A DNA stretch of 39,497 bases from a virus. Taxonomy: Duplodnaviria > Heunggongvirae > Uroviricota > Caudoviricetes. The position numbers were made by a program, and so were the translations under genes. Positions 7,156 through 15,459 of the stretch are shown here, in pieces (within the stretch, counting starts at the first letter, position 1; the number at the start of each line of letters is the position of its first letter). The DNA lies in IMG/VR virus record IMGVR_UViG_2778261536_000006; one strand, 5' to 3'. The notes under the pieces were generated by a model that was given only the letters and a program-made list of their open reading frames with translations, was not told the DNA's origin and made no database searches.

Positions 7156-8097
7156 ATGAGCACTAAATTAACCGGCTATGTATGGGATGGTTGCGCAGCG
7201 TCAGGCATGAAATTATCCAGCGTGGCAATTATGGCCCGCCTGGCTGATTTCAGTAATGACGAAGGTGTGTGCTGGCCATCAATTGAAACCATTGCCCGCC
7301 AGATTGGCGCGGGGATGAGTACCGTCAGAACGGCTATCGCACGGCTGGAAGCAGAAGGCTGGTTAACGCGTAAGGCGCGTCGCCAGGGTAACCGCAATGC
7401 GTCGAATGTTTATCAGCTTAACGTTGCGAAGCTTCAGGCAGCGGCATTTTCTCAACTGTCAGATTCTGACCCGTCAAAATCTGACGCATCAAAATCTGAC
7501 CCGTCAAAATTTGATGCGTCGAAATCTGGCAAAAAAGCGGGTTTTCACCCGTCAGAATCTGGCGGGGATCCGTCAGTAAAATCAAAACATGATCCGTCAG
7601 ATAAAAAACCTTCTCGTCCGGACGCTTCGCAACCGGACACGCAGACGGATGAACAGGATTTTTTAACTCGCCATCCTGATGCGGTTGTATTCAGCCCTAA
7701 AAAGCGCCAGTGGGGAACGCAGGATGATTTGACCTGCGCACAGTGGCTCTGGAAAAAAATCATCGCCCTGTACGAGCAGGCTGCCGAATGTGACGGCGAG
7801 GTGGTTCGTCCCAAAGAACCGAACTGGACAGCCTGGGCAAACGAAATTCGCCTGATGTGTGTGCAGGATGGTCGTACTCACAAACAAATCTGCGAGATGT
7901 ACAGCCGCGTCAGCCGCGATCCGTTCTGGTGCCGTAACGTGCTCAGCCCGTCGAAGTTGCGGGAAAAATGGGATGAGCTTTCCCTGCGCTTATCACCGTC
8001 CGTCAGCACGTACACCGAAAAACGCGAAGACCCGTACTTCAAATCCAGTTACGACAACGTGGACTACAGCCAGATCCCGGCAGGATTCAGGGGGTGA
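7156..8097 (+). CDS. Replication initiator (O-like, winged-HTH N-terminus) containing origin iterons
   Basis: 313 aa; HTH-like N-terminal domain; repeat-rich linker encoded by tandem DNA repeats; position after cro/cII as in lambdoid replication modules. Confidence 0.6.
   Translation: MSTKLTGYVWDGCAASGMKLSSVAIMARLADFSNDEGVCWPSIETIARQIGAGMSTVRTAIARLEAEGWLTRKARRQGNRNASNVYQLNVAKLQAAAFSQLSDSDPSKSDASKSDPSKFDASKSGKKAGFHPSESGGDPSVKSKHDPSDKKPSRPDASQPDTQTDEQDFLTRHPDAVVFSPKKRQWGTQDDLTCAQWLWKKIIALYEQAAECDGEVVRPKEPNWTAWANEIRLMCVQDGRTHKQICEMYSRVSRDPFWCRNVLSPSKLREKWDELSLRLSPSVSTYTEKREDPYFKSSYDNVDYSQIPAGFRG
7465..7606 (+). repeat. Iteron array (putative ori) inside the replication initiator gene
   Basis: Four tandem 15-bp units TCTGAC(C/G)C(G/A)TCAAAA at 7465-7524, then a degenerate unit and three spaced CCGTCAG copies to about 7606. 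Confidence 0.55.
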
Positions 8098-8099
8098 TC

Positions 8100-8588
8100 A
8101 TGAGTCTTTTGAATGAAGTTCAGAAATTCATTGAAGCCCATCCGGGGTGTACTTCCGGAGACATTGCGGATGCTTTTGCAGGTTACTCACGGCAGCGCGT
8201 TCTGCAGTCAGCAAGCAAGTTACGTCAGAGTGGGCGTGTGGCTCACCGTTGTGAAGGAGATACACGCAGACATTTCTCGCGCCTGACTGAGAGAGCGCAG
8301 GAGCCGGAACCACAACCAGTTCGTGAAACCAGACCTGTGCGCAATTTCTATGTTGGCACTAACGACCCGCAGGTGATTTTGTGCCTGACTCGCCAGGCGG
8401 AAGAACTGGAGTCCAGGGGCTTATACCGTCGAGCTGCAACGGTGTGGATGGAGGCATTCCGTGAAAGCCACTCCCAGCCAGAACGAAACAATTTTCTGGC
8501 GCATCGTGAGCGGTGCTTACGGAAAAGCAGCAAGCGCGCTGCATCGGGTGAAGAGTGGTATCTGTCAGGGAATTACGTGGGGGCTTAA
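8100..8588 (+). CDS. PerC-family transcriptional regulator-like protein
   Basis: C-terminal AEELESRGLYRRAATVWMEAF resembles the PerC motif; ATG at 8100 with GGGGG 5 nt upstream (track starts at GTG 8094). Confidence 0.45.
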   Translation: MSLLNEVQKFIEAHPGCTSGDIADAFAGYSRQRVLQSASKLRQSGRVAHRCEGDTRRHFSRLTERAQEPEPQPVRETRPVRNFYVGTNDPQVILCLTRQAEELESRGLYRRAATVWMEAFRESHSQPERNNFLAHRERCLRKSSKRAASGEEWYLSGNYVGA

Positions 8589-9241
8589 TGAGTAATAAAT
8601 ATTGCCAGGCGCTGGTGGAACTGCGGAACAAACCAGCCCATGAACTGAAGGAAGTGGGCGATCAGTGGCGCACGCCGGACAACATTTTCTGGGGAATTAA
8701 CACCCTGTTTGGCCCGTTTGTTCTGGATCTGTTCACCGACGGTGATAACGCCAAATGTGCCGCGTATTACACGGCGGAAGACAACGCGCTGGCGCATGAC
8801 TGGTCAGAACGTCTTGCGGAGCTTAAAGGTGCTGCCTTTGGTAATCCCCCATACAGCCGCGCCAGTAAGCATGAGGGGCAATACATCACCGGCATGCGTT
8901 ACATCATGAAACATGCCAGTGCCATGCGTGATAAGGGCGGGCGCTATGTTTTCCTGATCAAAGCTGCCACCAGCGAAGTGTGGTGGCCGGAAGATGCAGA
9001 CCATATTGCTTTTATTCGCGGGCGTATTGGTTTTGAACTGCCTGCCTGGTTTATCCCGAAAGACGAGAAGCAGGTGCCGACAGGCGCTTTCTTCGCTGGT
9101 GCTATTGCTGTTTTCGATAAGACCTGGAAGGGACCGGCAATCAGCTACATCGGGCGCGATGAACTTGAGGCATGTGGTGAGGCGTTTCTGGCGCAGGTTC
9201 GCCAGCAGGCGGAAAAACTGGTCAGGGAGATGGCGGCATGA
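8588..9241 (+). CDS. Phage Dam-like N6-adenine DNA methyltransferase
   Basis: NPPY catalytic motif (FGNPPYS); start taken at ATG 8588, which overlaps the upstream stop. Confidence 0.75.
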   Translation: MSNKYCQALVELRNKPAHELKEVGDQWRTPDNIFWGINTLFGPFVLDLFTDGDNAKCAAYYTAEDNALAHDWSERLAELKGAAFGNPPYSRASKHEGQYITGMRYIMKHASAMRDKGGRYVFLIKAATSEVWWPEDADHIAFIRGRIGFELPAWFIPKDEKQVPTGAFFAGAIAVFDKTWKGPAISYIGRDELEACGEAFLAQVRQQAEKLVREMAA

Positions 9242-9564
9242 CGACGTTAACTCAATGCCAGCAGCAGGTGCTGGATATGCTGATTTCTTATCAGAAAGAA
9301 CGTGGCTTCCCGCCAACCAATCAGGAGGTGGCAACCATGCTGGGATACCGTTCAGTGAATGCAGCGGTGGAGCATCTTCGCGCACTGGAGAAAAAAGGCG
9401 TCATCACGATAAAGCGTGGCGTGGCCCGGGGCATCACGCTTCATACCGCGGTGAAGGACGACGACAGCGAGGCGGTCGGGATTATCCGCGCACTGCTTGC
9501 CGGTGAGGCAAACGCCAGGCTGCGTGCAGCCCACTGGTTACATGAGAGGGGCCTGAAAGTATGA
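9238..9564 (+). CDS. LexA DNA-binding-domain-like protein (no peptidase domain)
   Basis: 108 aa; LTQCQQQVLDML...GFPPTNQEVA...RSVNAAVEHLRALEKKGVI parallels the LexA N-terminal winged helix; ORF ends before any S24 domain. Confidence 0.55.
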   Translation: MTTLTQCQQQVLDMLISYQKERGFPPTNQEVATMLGYRSVNAAVEHLRALEKKGVITIKRGVARGITLHTAVKDDDSEAVGIIRALLAGEANARLRAAHWLHERGLKV

Positions 9565-9950
9565 AGCTAATACTGCCTTTTCCGCCCAGCGTGAACACGT
9601 ACTGGCGACACCCCAACAAAGGGGCGCTTGCAGGTAAGAGCCTGATAAGCGCGGCGGGGCGAAAATTCCAGAGCGCAGCGTGTGCAGCCATCATTGAGCA
9701 GTTACGTCGTCTGCCGAAACCAACGTCGGCACCAGCTTCAGTGGAGATCGTGTTGTTTCCTCCGGATAACCGGCTTCGCGATCTGGACAACTATAACAAG
9801 GCGCTGTTTGACGCCCTGACCCACGCGGGTGTGTGGGTGGACGACAGCCAGGTGAAAAGAATGCTGGTGGAGTGGGGGCCGGTTATCCCGGAAGGGAAGG
9901 TCGAAATCACTATCAGTAAGTACGAGAAAACGGCGGGTGCAGCCGCCTGA
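9561..9950 (+). CDS. rusA: RusA-family Holliday junction resolvase
   Basis: 129 aa with LPFPPSVNTYWRH and DLDNYNKALFDALT motifs characteristic of RusA. Confidence 0.8.
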   Translation: MKLILPFPPSVNTYWRHPNKGALAGKSLISAAGRKFQSAACAAIIEQLRRLPKPTSAPASVEIVLFPPDNRLRDLDNYNKALFDALTHAGVWVDDSQVKRMLVEWGPVIPEGKVEITISKYEKTAGAAA

Positions 9951-9969
9951 TTAAGAGGAGAAACGAAGT

Positions 9970-10779
9970 ATGAATAATCTGATGGTTATTGATGGTATTG
10001 AAGTTCGTCGTGATGCTTATGGGCGTTACAGCCTGAACGATCTGCATCGCGCAGCAGTAGCATCTGGTGCAAATGCCAGAACCAAGGAGCCAGGAAAGTT
10101 TCTTTCCAGCCAACAAACTGTTGAGCTTGTTCATGAATTAACCAACACCCAGAATTTGGGTGTTGACCCGGTGAGTGTGATTCATGGGGGAAATGAACGG
10201 GGAACGTATGTCTGTAAGGAACTGGTGTATGCCTATGCAATGTGGATCAGCCCGTCATTCCATCTGAAGGTGATCCGTACTTTCGATATGGTAACCAGCG
10301 CACCGGAAAAATTATCCGGACAGGCTGCTGACAAGATGCAGGCTGGCGTGATTCTGCTGGACTTTATGCGCCGGGAGTTAAATCTGTCTAACTCATCTGT
10401 GCTTGGGGCCTGTCAGAAACTCCAGGAGGCTGTTGGCTTACCGAATCTGGCACCGCGCTATGCCATTGATGCACCTGCTGACGCGCCTGATGGCTCAAGC
10501 CGCCCGACGCTGTCGCTGAGTGCACTGCTGAAGCAGTATGGTATCCGCCTGACGGCTAATCAGGCATATCACCAGATGGTGAAGCTGGGGATCGTCGAGC
10601 AGCGCGAACGATACAGCCGTACCGGGATTAACAACATCAAAAAATTCTGGTCGCTGACGGCGAAAGGCTGCATGTTCGGCAAGAACATCACCAGTCCCGC
10701 AAATCCGCGTGAGACGCAGCCGCATTTCTTCGAATCCCGATTCCCTGAGCTGTTAAAGCTGCTCGATACCGTTCATTGA
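9970..10779 (+). CDS. KilA-N domain protein (antirepressor-like)
   Basis: 269 aa; N-terminal region (YSLNDLHRA...GTYVCKELVYAYAMWISPSFHLKVIRTF) matches the KilA-N fold signature. Confidence 0.6.
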   Translation: MNNLMVIDGIEVRRDAYGRYSLNDLHRAAVASGANARTKEPGKFLSSQQTVELVHELTNTQNLGVDPVSVIHGGNERGTYVCKELVYAYAMWISPSFHLKVIRTFDMVTSAPEKLSGQAADKMQAGVILLDFMRRELNLSNSSVLGACQKLQEAVGLPNLAPRYAIDAPADAPDGSSRPTLSLSALLKQYGIRLTANQAYHQMVKLGIVEQRERYSRTGINNIKKFWSLTAKGCMFGKNITSPANPRETQPHFFESRFPELLKLLDTVH

Positions 10780-10780
10780 G

Positions 10781-11776
10781 GTGACCGTGAGAGCACTACT
10801 GACCCCTGAAATAGCCCCGCGTATGGGGATTGTATTGTTCAGACCAGGTTCAGAGCTGATGCCCCTGTTTATGCAGGGGCGTGTCCTGCTGGAGCCTGAG
10901 CCGGAACGTTATTCATCTTTCGCCAGTGGTGCCGTTCCGGCGGCATCACAACCGCTGGCGGATGATCCTGCCGTTAGGGCCGTGTTCCGCAATGAGGCAG
11001 TGATCCGTCGTGCTGGTGGCGTGGAATGTCTTGAAAGCTGGTTACTTCGTGAAAAAGGCTGCCAGTGGCCTCATTCCGACTGGCACAGCGAGAACATGAC
11101 CACAATGCGACACGCGCCGGGCGCGATCCGTCTGTGCTGGCACTGCGATAACCAGCTGCGCGATCAGTTCACGGAACGGCTGGAATCAATGGCAACGGAT
11201 AACTGTGCCCGCTGGGTGTTGTCTGTAGTCCGTCTGGATCTCGGTTTTGATGATAACCATGCCGTGACAATGCCGGAACTGTGCTGGTGGCTGATTCGTA
11301 ATGACCTGGCGGATGCCTTACCGGAAAGTGCAGCCCGTAAGGCACTGAGATTACCGAAGCCTGTTGTGCCGTCTGTCACCCGGGAAAGTGACCTTGTGCC
11401 TTCGGTTCCTGCCACCAGCATCATCCAGGATAAGGCGAAAAAGGTGCTGGCGCTGAAAGTGGATCCGGAGTCGCCGGAGTCTTTTATGTTACGCCCAAAA
11501 CGCCGCCGCTGGGTTAATGAAAAGTACACGCGCTGGGTTAAGACACAGCCGTGTGCATGTTGTGGAAAGCCTGCTGATGATCCCCACCACCTGATAGGCC
11601 ACGGTCAGGGTGGAATGGGTACAAAAGCGCATGACCTCTTTGTGTTGCCTTTGTGCAGAAAGCATCACGACGAGCTGCATGCGGATACCGTGGCATTTGA
11701 AGAGAAGTATGGCTCTCAGCTGGAGCTGATATTTCGTTTTATCGATCGTGCGCTGGCAATTGGCGTATTGGCGTAA
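10781..11776 (+). CDS. DUF968 (YdfU-like) protein with C-terminal HNH-like Cys/His motif
   Basis: 331 aa; C-terminal CACCGKPADDPHH...CRKHHDELH; typical position between nin-region genes and Q; GTG start. Confidence 0.6.
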   Translation: MTVRALLTPEIAPRMGIVLFRPGSELMPLFMQGRVLLEPEPERYSSFASGAVPAASQPLADDPAVRAVFRNEAVIRRAGGVECLESWLLREKGCQWPHSDWHSENMTTMRHAPGAIRLCWHCDNQLRDQFTERLESMATDNCARWVLSVVRLDLGFDDNHAVTMPELCWWLIRNDLADALPESAARKALRLPKPVVPSVTRESDLVPSVPATSIIQDKAKKVLALKVDPESPESFMLRPKRRRWVNEKYTRWVKTQPCACCGKPADDPHHLIGHGQGGMGTKAHDLFVLPLCRKHHDELHADTVAFEEKYGSQLELIFRFIDRALAIGVLA

Positions 11777-11789
11777 GTGGAGAACGAGC

Positions 11790-12542
11790 ATGAACCTTGA
11801 AGCCTTACCAAAATATTACTCCCCAAAATCTCCAAAATTGAGCGATGACGCACCGGCGACAGGCTCAGGTGGTTTAACGATTACGGATGTGATGGCTGCG
11901 CAGGGGATGGTGCAGTCGAAAGCACCGCTTGGGTTTGCCTTATTCCTGGCAAAAGTTGGTGTTCAGGATCCTCAATTTGCGATTGAAGGTCTGCTCAATT
12001 ACGCGATGGCACTGGATAACCCGACATTGAACAAATTGAGTGAAGAAACCCGGTTACAGATCATCCCTTACCTTGTGAATTTTGCCTTTGCTGATTATTC
12101 CAGGTCTGCGGCAAGTAAGGCTCGCTGTGAGCATTGTGCTGGTACTGGATTTCATAATGTATTGCGCGAAGTGGTGAAACACTCCAGAAGCGGGGAATCT
12201 GTTATCAAGGAAGAGTGGGTGAAGGAACTATGTCAGCATTGTCATGGTAAGGGAGAAGTCAGCACAGCGTGCAGAGGGTGTAAGGGTAAAGGTATTGTCC
12301 TGGATGAAAAAAGGACCCGGCTTCATGGCACGCCTGTTTATAAGATTTGTGGGCGTTGCAATGGAAACCGGTTTAGCCGTTTACCAACCACACTGGCGCG
12401 GCATCATGTCCAGAAGCTGGTACCAGACCTGACGGATTATCAGTGGTACAAAGGATATGCAGATGTCATTGATAAACTGGTTACAAAGTGCTGGCAGGAA
12501 GAAGCATATGCAGAGATACAATTGAGAAAGGTGACAAGATAA
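11790..12542 (+). CDS. Late-gene antiterminator Q-like protein
   Basis: Four CxxC zinc-finger-like motifs and close resemblance to Qin-prophage QuuQ as I recall it; start at ATG 11790 with GGAG upstream (track ORF starts earlier). Confidence 0.7.
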   Translation: MNLEALPKYYSPKSPKLSDDAPATGSGGLTITDVMAAQGMVQSKAPLGFALFLAKVGVQDPQFAIEGLLNYAMALDNPTLNKLSEETRLQIIPYLVNFAFADYSRSAASKARCEHCAGTGFHNVLREVVKHSRSGESVIKEEWVKELCQHCHGKGEVSTACRGCKGKGIVLDEKRTRLHGTPVYKICGRCNGNRFSRLPTTLARHHVQKLVPDLTDYQWYKGYADVIDKLVTKCWQEEAYAEIQLRKVTR

Positions 12543-12573
12543 ATGGTTTTCGCCGAAGATGACGACATGATGC

Positions 12574-12602
12574 TTGCATTTTTCAAAAAATATGGATAAG
12601 AT
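12574..12602 (+). promoter_or_regulatory. Putative late promoter pR' (Q-dependent)
   Basis: TTGCAT (12574-12579), 17-bp spacer, TAAGAT (12597-12602), just downstream of Q. Confidence 0.45.
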
Positions 12603-12650
12603 TTTCCCAACGATGGGCTTTGTATGTCTACCGTTGATAAGATTTAGGAA

Positions 12651-12672
12651 CCCGCCACTGAGCGGGTTTTTT
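12651..12672 (+). terminator. Rho-independent terminator tR' (short 6S-like late leader)
   Basis: CCCGC-CACTGA-GCGGG followed by TTTTTT, about 50 nt downstream of the putative pR'. Confidence 0.7.
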
Positions 12673-12794
12673 GTACCTGTAAACTTGGTGCAGTACAGTA
12701 AACACGCTGGTGGTCGTGAATACTGACTTTTTATCTTGCTGGATTTTTAGACAAGAGTTATTGGTATGTCATGTTAACCAGAAGGGAAAAAGAC

Positions 12795-12998
12795 ATGCTA
12801 AAACAGCAAGATATGACAGAAACCGCCGCCGCAGTCCTTCATTTCTTACCTGCTGACAAGTGGGTAACGCCACGCATGATGACGAGAACTACCGGAGTAA
12901 GCGAAGCCCGGTGCCAGTTAATACTGACTCAGTTAGTTCTGGCGGGTCTGGCGAAGGATAACGGCGGGTACGGGAATAAATTCAGACGCTGCCAGTAA
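12795..12998 (+). CDS. Small hypothetical protein (possible winged-helix)
   Basis: 67 aa from ATG 12795 with AAGGGA upstream (track ORF from 12771); between tR' and the methyltransferase. Confidence 0.35.
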   Translation: MLKQQDMTETAAAVLHFLPADKWVTPRMMTRTTGVSEARCQLILTQLVLAGLAKDNGGYGNKFRRCQ

Positions 12999-13148
12999 TG
13001 GCGGTTTCCTGCTGTGAAAATGGGCGGCTGGTGGGTGTTGGTAGCACCTGCCAGCCATTCGCTCATGCTTACTGGTCACAAGCGAACCACGGCCCACTGC
13101 TTTAGCGCAAAAGCAGAGTGAGCCTACCAGAGTTACGCTTACTGATCC

Positions 13149-14201
13149 ATGAAAAATACTGTAAAAATAAACAGTGTTGATTTAATCAACGCTGATTGCC
13201 TGCATTTTATTCAGTCCCTGCCTGATGATTCCATTGACCTGATTGTTACCGATCCGCCTTACTTCAAGGTGAAACCTAACGGTTGGGACAATCAGTGGAA
13301 AGGGGATGAAGATTACCTTAAGTGGCTGGACCACTGTCTGGCCCAGTTCTGGCGGGTGTTGAAACCTGCCGGAAGCCTTTACCTGTTCTGTGGGCATCGC
13401 CTAGCATCTGATATTGAGATCATGATGCGTGAACGTTTCAACGTGCTTAACCATATCATCTGGGCGAAGCCGTCCGGACGTTGGAATGGGTGTAATAAAG
13501 AAAGTCTGCGCGCATATTTTCCTGCCACAGAGCGCGTTCTGTTTGCTGAACATTACCAGGGGCCATATCGCGGCAAAAGTGACGGCTATGCGGCAAAAGA
13601 AAGGGAACTCAAACAGCACATAATGGCACCGCTGATATCGTATTTCAGGGATGCTCGTGCCGAACTGGGTATAACGGCAAAACAAATTGCCGAAGCCACA
13701 GGTAAGAAAAATATGGTTTCCCACTGGTTTGGTGCCAGTCAGTGGCAGTTGCCGAATGAGGCTGACTATCGGAAGTTACAGGCACTGTTTTCCCGTATAG
13801 CGGCAGAGAAGTTTCAGGAACAACAACTGGAACAACCACACCACCAGCTGGTGGCATCTTATGATTCACTGAATCGTAAATATTCTGAATTGCTGGATGA
13901 GTTTAAATCTCTCCGGCGCTATTTCTCCGTATCAGTCTCCGTGCCTTATACCGATGTCTGGATGCATAAACCCGTTCAGTTCTACCCGGGGAAACATCCG
14001 TGTGAGAAACCGGCGGATATGCTCAGGCAAATAATCAATGCCAGTAGTCGACCAGGTGATCTGGTTGCTGATTTTTTTATGGGATCCGGTTCCACAATAA
14101 AAGCAGCAATGGCGCTGGGGCGTCGGGCCTTAGGTGTTGAGCTTGAGTCAGAGCGGTTTAATCAGACAGTGAAAGAGATAAACGAGCTGGTGGGGAAATA
14201 A
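13149..14201 (+). CDS. DNA methyltransferase (N6-adenine/N4-cytosine, beta-class)
   Basis: 350 aa with N-terminal DPPY catalytic motif and C-terminal AdoMet-binding FMGSGST. Confidence 0.8.
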   Translation: MKNTVKINSVDLINADCLHFIQSLPDDSIDLIVTDPPYFKVKPNGWDNQWKGDEDYLKWLDHCLAQFWRVLKPAGSLYLFCGHRLASDIEIMMRERFNVLNHIIWAKPSGRWNGCNKESLRAYFPATERVLFAEHYQGPYRGKSDGYAAKERELKQHIMAPLISYFRDARAELGITAKQIAEATGKKNMVSHWFGASQWQLPNEADYRKLQALFSRIAAEKFQEQQLEQPHHQLVASYDSLNRKYSELLDEFKSLRRYFSVSVSVPYTDVWMHKPVQFYPGKHPCEKPADMLRQIINASSRPGDLVADFFMGSGSTIKAAMALGRRALGVELESERFNQTVKEINELVGK

Positions 14202-14207
14202 TCTGGT

Positions 14208-14230
14208 GGCCACGTTGCGTGGCCTTTTTA
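14208..14230 (+). terminator. Rho-independent terminator after the methyltransferase
   Basis: GGCCACG-TTG-CGTGGCC followed by TTTTT. Confidence 0.65.
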
Positions 14231-14276
14231 TTTCCAACACAGCACCCGCAAATATCGCGAGGTGAGAGATGACGAA

Positions 14277-14603
14277 ATGCCTCATAACCCAAATACCTGG
14301 CTGGACTTGGTCCAGAGCTGGTGGCGTGGAGACACACCGCTGGGTGCAGTGATTATGTCGATCGTTATGGCTGGTTTGCGCATCGCCTATTTTGGCGGTG
14401 GTGGTGGCTGGAAGCGAAAAACGCTCGAGATTTTGCTATGTGGCGCTCTGACGCTGACCTTTGCATCCGCTCTTGAATATGTCGGATGGCCTAAATCGCT
14501 TTCTGTTGCCATTGGTGGTGGCGTGGGGCTGATCGGTGTCGATGCTATTCGTGGGGCTGCAATGCGAGTAATCGGTAACAAATTTGGTAGCTCGAAGGAG
14601 TAA
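14277..14603 (+). CDS. Holin (lambda S-like)
   Basis: About 108 aa, three hydrophobic segments and charged C-terminus, immediately upstream of the endolysin; start ambiguous (GTG 14262 or ATG 14277). Confidence 0.65.
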   Translation: MPHNPNTWLDLVQSWWRGDTPLGAVIMSIVMAGLRIAYFGGGGGWKRKTLEILLCGALTLTFASALEYVGWPKSLSVAIGGGVGLIGVDAIRGAAMRVIGNKFGSSKE

Positions 14604-14606
14604 TTT

Positions 14607-15083
14607 ATGCAGGCACTAAATTCCCAGCGTAAAGCTTTCCTGGATATGGTGGCATGGTCAGAAGGAACGGATAACGGGCGACAACCGACACGTAACCACG
14701 GTTATGATGTTATTGTTGGTGGCGAACTGTTCACTGATTACTCCGATCACCCTCGCAAACTTGTCACGCTAAACCCCAAACTCAAATCAACAGCCGCCGG
14801 ACGTTACCAGCTTCTTTCACGCTGGTGGGATGCTTACCGTAAACAGCTTGGCCTGAAAGATTTTTCTCCAGAAAGCCAGGACGCTGTAGCTCTGCAGCAG
14901 ATTAAAGAGCGTGGTGCTTTACCGATGATTGATCGCGGTGATATCCGTCAGGCTATCGATCGTTGCAGCAATCTCTGGGCTTCACTGCCGGGCGCAGGTT
15001 ACGGTCAGTATGAACATAAAATCGGTGACCTGATTGCCCGATTTAAAGAGGCTGGTGGGGTGGTAAATGAAGTTGAGTTATAA
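14607..15083 (+). CDS. Endolysin, lambda R-like lytic transglycosylase
   Basis: 158 aa; near-identical over most of its length to lambda R as I recall it (QRKAFLDMVAWSEGTDNGRQ...); GAAGGAG upstream. Confidence 0.9.
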   Translation: MQALNSQRKAFLDMVAWSEGTDNGRQPTRNHGYDVIVGGELFTDYSDHPRKLVTLNPKLKSTAAGRYQLLSRWWDAYRKQLGLKDFSPESQDAVALQQIKERGALPMIDRGDIRQAIDRCSNLWASLPGAGYGQYEHKIGDLIARFKEAGGVVNEVEL

Positions 15084-15459
15084 GCTGATTATCGCTGCTT
15101 TTTTCGTTACTGCCATTGGTTCTTTCATCTGGTCAGCCAACTACTACTACAGCAAATATCAGTACGAAAAGAAACGTGCTGATGAGGCTGTACAAAATGC
15201 TGAATCAGCAACTGCCATTACCCGTAATGTTCTGCAATCACTGCAAATCATCAATACAGTTATAGAGGCTAACCAGCATGCAAAACAGCAGATCGCACTG
15301 GAGTCACAGAGAACCGAGGAAGATATCAAAGTGGCTGTTGCGGATGATGATTGTGCTTCACGTCATGTGCCTGCTGCCGCTGCTGACCGGTTGCGGAAGT
15401 ACGCGAACAGTTTACGTACCGATTCCGGCGGTACCGTTGCCAGCAAGCCTGACTACTGA
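15067..15459 (+). CDS. Rz-like i-spanin
   Basis: 130 aa with N-terminal transmembrane segment and coiled-coil-like periplasmic part; overlaps endolysin 3' end. Confidence 0.55.
   Translation: MKLSYKLIIAAFFVTAIGSFIWSANYYYSKYQYEKKRADEAVQNAESATAITRNVLQSLQIINTVIEANQHAKQQIALESQRTEEDIKVAVADDDCASRHVPAAAADRLRKYANSLRTDSGGTVASKPDY

Noticed and set aside
8804-9385. Long antisense ORFs inside well-supported genes (8804-9385, 20318-20662, 29318-29815, 21789-22346, 15780-16301, all minus strand)
   Set aside because: They overlap strongly supported plus-strand genes (methyltransferase, capsid, DNA circulation, connector, HNH/TerS), have biased low-complexity translations and no ribosome-binding sites; typical GC-rich antisense artefacts.
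12700-12760. Second terminator after tR' (CACG...CGTG stem followed by CTTTTTATC)
   Set aside because: Stem is only 4 bp with weak GC content; not convincing as an intrinsic terminator.
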